A stretch of DNA of 64,000 bases from Mobula hypostoma (taxonomy: Eukaryota): contig NC_086098.1 of assembly GCF_963921235.1 (NCBI RefSeq), forward strand, positions 7,378,001-7,442,000, given 5' to 3'. Position numbers and translations under genes: made by a program. This document shows positions 60,910 through 64,000 of the stretch, one piece after another (position 1 is the stretch's first letter; every line of letters starts with the position of its first letter). The notes below the pieces were generated by a model that did no database searches, was not told where the DNA came from, and saw nothing but the letters and a program-made list of their open reading frames with translations.

Positions 60910-61310
60910 GGGTGGTACAGTGGTGTAGCGGTTCGTACGATGCTTTACAACACACCAGTGGTAAGGTGAATGTTTGTTTTCCACTGCTGTACGTTCTGCC
61001 CTTGATTGTGTAGGTTTCCTCCAGGTAATCCAGTTTCCTCCCACACTCCAAAGATGAATGGTTAGAGAAGGGGTTCTCAACCTGAGGTCATGGACCCCTT
61101 GCCTAGTGGTACTGGTCCATGGTATAAAGAGGTTTGGGAGCCTCTGGGTTGGAGTTATTGAGTTCTTCACATGCTACATTTGCACCGGAAACACAGCGAC
61201 ACTCTTTGGGCTCCTCAGCACAATCCTCACTGACATTATTTGACACAATCAATGCATTTCACTGCGTGTTTCAATGTTCATGAGACAAATAAAACTAATC
61301 TTTAATATCT
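60910..61310 (+). mobile_element. Degenerate V-SINE-like element with nested hAT MITE (61068-61146)
   Basis: A box TGGTGTAGCGG and core GGTTTCCTCC..CTCCAAAGA. The MITE has TSD GGTTAGAG / GGTTGGAG. Confidence 0.6.
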
Positions 61311-61617
61311 TTACTCTTTGCCTTTGAAACTTACAGAATTATGGTCACTGTCCCCAAAGTGTTCCCCATACAACACTCCCATCACCTGCCCTGTTTCATT
61401 TGAGCACTGTCCCATGATCACCCTTTGAGTGAACAAATGTCCTCAGATTTCAGTACTTTAAAAAAAAGAAGAGGAAATAGTTTTATTTGCTGATTACACA
61501 ACAAAACATTGAATATATACAGTGATCAAATCAGGATGAAGAGTTTCAGACCAGAATCTCAAATTTTGTGTCCCTCAATAGATGCTGCCTGCCCTGTTGA
61601 GCTCCTTCAGAATTTTG

Positions 61618-62100
61618 TGCATGTTGCTCAATTGTCCCGTATCGGACCGCAAAGCACTCCAGCGTGTGGTGAAAGCTGCCCAGTGGATTATCGGCAGCCA
61701 ATTGCCCACCATTGAGAACGTCTACCATAAACACTGCCTGGGCAGGGTGAAAAACATTATCAGGGATGCATCTCACCCTAACCATGGACACTTTGCTCTC
61801 CTCCCATCCGGTAGGCGCTACAGGAGCCTCCGCTCCCGCACCAGCAGGCACAGGAAGAGCTTCTTCCCTGAGGCTGTGACACTGCTGAACCTCACATCAC
61901 AGCACTAAGCAGTATTGCACCCATATTGTACTGTCTTGGTACTTTTATATTTGTGTGCTGTAGCACTTCTTTTATTCGCAGTTATTTTGTAAATAACACT
62001 ATTCTTTGCATTTCTGGTCAGACGCTAAATGCATTTCATTGGCTTTGTATCTGTACTCGACACAAGGACAATAAAGTTGAATCTAGTGTAATCTAATCAA
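61618..62100 (+). mobile_element. Rex1/Babar-like LINE 3' end
   Basis: DRKALQRVVKAAQ.IIG..LP..DASHP....LLPSGRRYRS..TSR..SFFP.A..LLN, followed by AATAAAG and a TCTAA tail. Confidence 0.8.
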
Positions 62101-62234
62101 GAACTTCAGCATCTGCATAATTTCATGTACATCTGTTAGCAAAATGAGGTCAATGTTGAGGATTCCCAGGACTGCTTCTTCCCACCATACTGCAGATCCT
62201 CTACTGCTCATCAGTATTTGTTCAGGAAGGTTCC

Positions 62235-62862
62235 TGCAGAATGGGAGAATTGGCAATGAAGTAGCAGATGGAATATAGTGTAAGGAAGAGTACGGTCATG
62301 CACTTTAGTAGAAAGAATGAAGAAGCAGAATTCAAAAATCTGAGGTGCAAAGGGACTTTGGAGTCCTTGTGCAGGATTCCCTAAAGGTTAATTTGCAGGT
62401 TAAGCTGGTGGTGAGGAAAGCAAATGCAATGATAGCATTCATTTCAAGAGGACTAGTATATAAGAGCAGAGATTTATGCTGAGGCTTTACAAGACATTAG
62501 TCAGACCCCACTTGGAGTATTCTGAGCAGTCCTGGGCCCCTTAACTAAGATAAGATGTGCTGGCATTGGATGTTCACAAGAATCATTCTGGGAATAAAAA
62601 GGTTAACATCTGAGGAGCGTTTGTAGATTCTGGGCCTGTAGTCACTAGAGTTTAGAAGAATGCGGGGGAGATCTCATTGAAACCTATTGAATATTGGAAA
62701 GCCTAGTCAGAGAGGATGTGGAGGGAATGTTTCCTATAGTGGGCGAGCTATGACCAGAAGGCTCAGTGGAATAGGAGGGAGAATGGAGATAAGAACTTTG
62801 GAACAGAGATGAGGAAGAGTTTCTTTAACCAGGGTAGTGAATTTGTGGAATTCATTGCTATG
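62235..62862 (+). mobile_element. Old CR1 fragment
   Basis: Degenerate WQM.Y, VQRD, KANAM..FI, RPHLEY and LEFRR motifs. Confidence 0.7.
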
Positions 62863-62869
62863 ACAGCTA

Positions 62870-64000
62870 TAATATCTTTTTCAGGCATTACCTGTTTTTA
62901 TCCCTATATCTTTTATTGATTCTCTTGATTCTATTATATCCTCCTATATATGGAAAAATAAGCATTCTAGACTAAACAAAATTCATCTTCAGAAAGCTAA
63001 AAAGAATGAAGGGCTAGCTTTACCAAACTTTAGGTTTTATTATTGGGAAGTTAATATACGTAATCTTACATTTTGGTTACATTACATTAATCATGAAGAT
63101 TGTCCGATGTGGGTTTGTTTAGAAGCTAACTCTGTTAATCAATTTTCTATTTTGTCTCTTGGATCCTCACTTCTTTATCCCTGAGTAAGTTAACTGACAA
63201 TTTGGTATTTCAACATACTATGAGAATTTGGGTACAATTCCAAAAATACTTCGGCTTATTGAGATTTCCTCTTTCAAGTTCCATTTCTTCTATGATAGAT
63301 GTGGCTTTTAAAGAATGGGATAGATTAAGTACTAAATGTTTCCAGGACTTATTTGTGGAGGGAAGTCTCCTTTCGTTTGAGCAACTGTCAGCTAAATATA
63401 GCTTACCCAAAACTCACTTTTTTCGATACCTATAAATAAGAGACTTTTTAAGGTCTCAAATATGTACATTTCCTAAAAGTCCTGATAAAAATATACTAGA
63501 TGTAATTTTTAATTTGAAGCCTTTTTATAATGGATCTATATCTAATATTTATAATATGTTGCTGGGAATGAGAAGTGTTCCTTAAGATAAAATTAAAAAC
63601 CTTTGGGAACAAGACTTACAGACTTCAATTTCTGAGGAAACTTGGAATAAAATTTTTAAGTTGGTTAACACTTCATCGTTATGCGCTCACCACTCTCTCC
63701 TACAATTTAAGGTGGTCCATAGGGCCCACATGACCAAGGATAAGTTGCCTCACTTTTATTTGGATATATCTCCTTATTGTGATAAATGTAAAAATGTAGA
63801 AACTTCACTCATTCATATGTCTTGGACATGTCCAAGTCTTGAAAAATATTGGAAAGAAGTATTTCAAAACTTCTCGATACTTTTTAAAGTAAATTTTAAG
63901 CCTAATCCTTTGACTCCTTTATTTGGTATTGTTGGAGGAAAGGATATTATTTTGGAGAGATCTGATTTGCACATTTTGGTTTTTATTTCCCTTATAGCTA
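62870..64000 (+). mobile_element. L1-clade LINE ORF2 C-terminal fragment (runs off window)
   Basis: LFQALP.FIP..SYIWKNK..RL..LQK.K..GLALPNFRFYYW, QFKVVHRAH, and the Cys-rich CDKC......IHM.W.CP.L..YW motif. Confidence 0.8.

Overview
This is eukaryotic, repeat-dense, apparently gene-free vertebrate DNA. The repeat repertoire suggests a cartilaginous fish, probably a batoid (inference only). It includes CR1 LINEs with an SGNH-esterase ORF1, Rex1/Babar, RTE and L1 fragments, V-SINE-like tRNA SINEs, Penelope-like (PLE) fragments, Tc1 and hAT derivatives, and three decayed Ty3/Gypsy proviruses. No intact host or transposon protein-coding gene could be supported: the long ORFs are broken retroelement ORFs, their antisense shadows, or translations of minisatellites. 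The most notable structures are: (1) a dispersed family of PLE-terminal-repeat derivatives carrying a minimal hammerhead ribozyme (about 12 copies, 4-5 with an intact core), often in fold-back pairs, including a 1.4-kb GIY-YIG palindrome; (2) a 4-kb, 20-bp-unit minisatellite born inside PLE GIY-YIG coding sequence, with higher-order duplications; (3) a four-layer nest (59-bp hairpin minisatellite > chromodomain Gypsy > SINE-like element > CR1 with an internal inverted duplication), two layers of which have readable TSDs; (4) a Tc1 derivative that keeps only the HTH domain and ends in a TIR-TIR mini-hairpin; (5) a Mag-type Gypsy with about 93-bp LTRs and a tRNA-Leu PBS. Boundaries not anchored by TSDs, TIRs or LTR termini are approximate.
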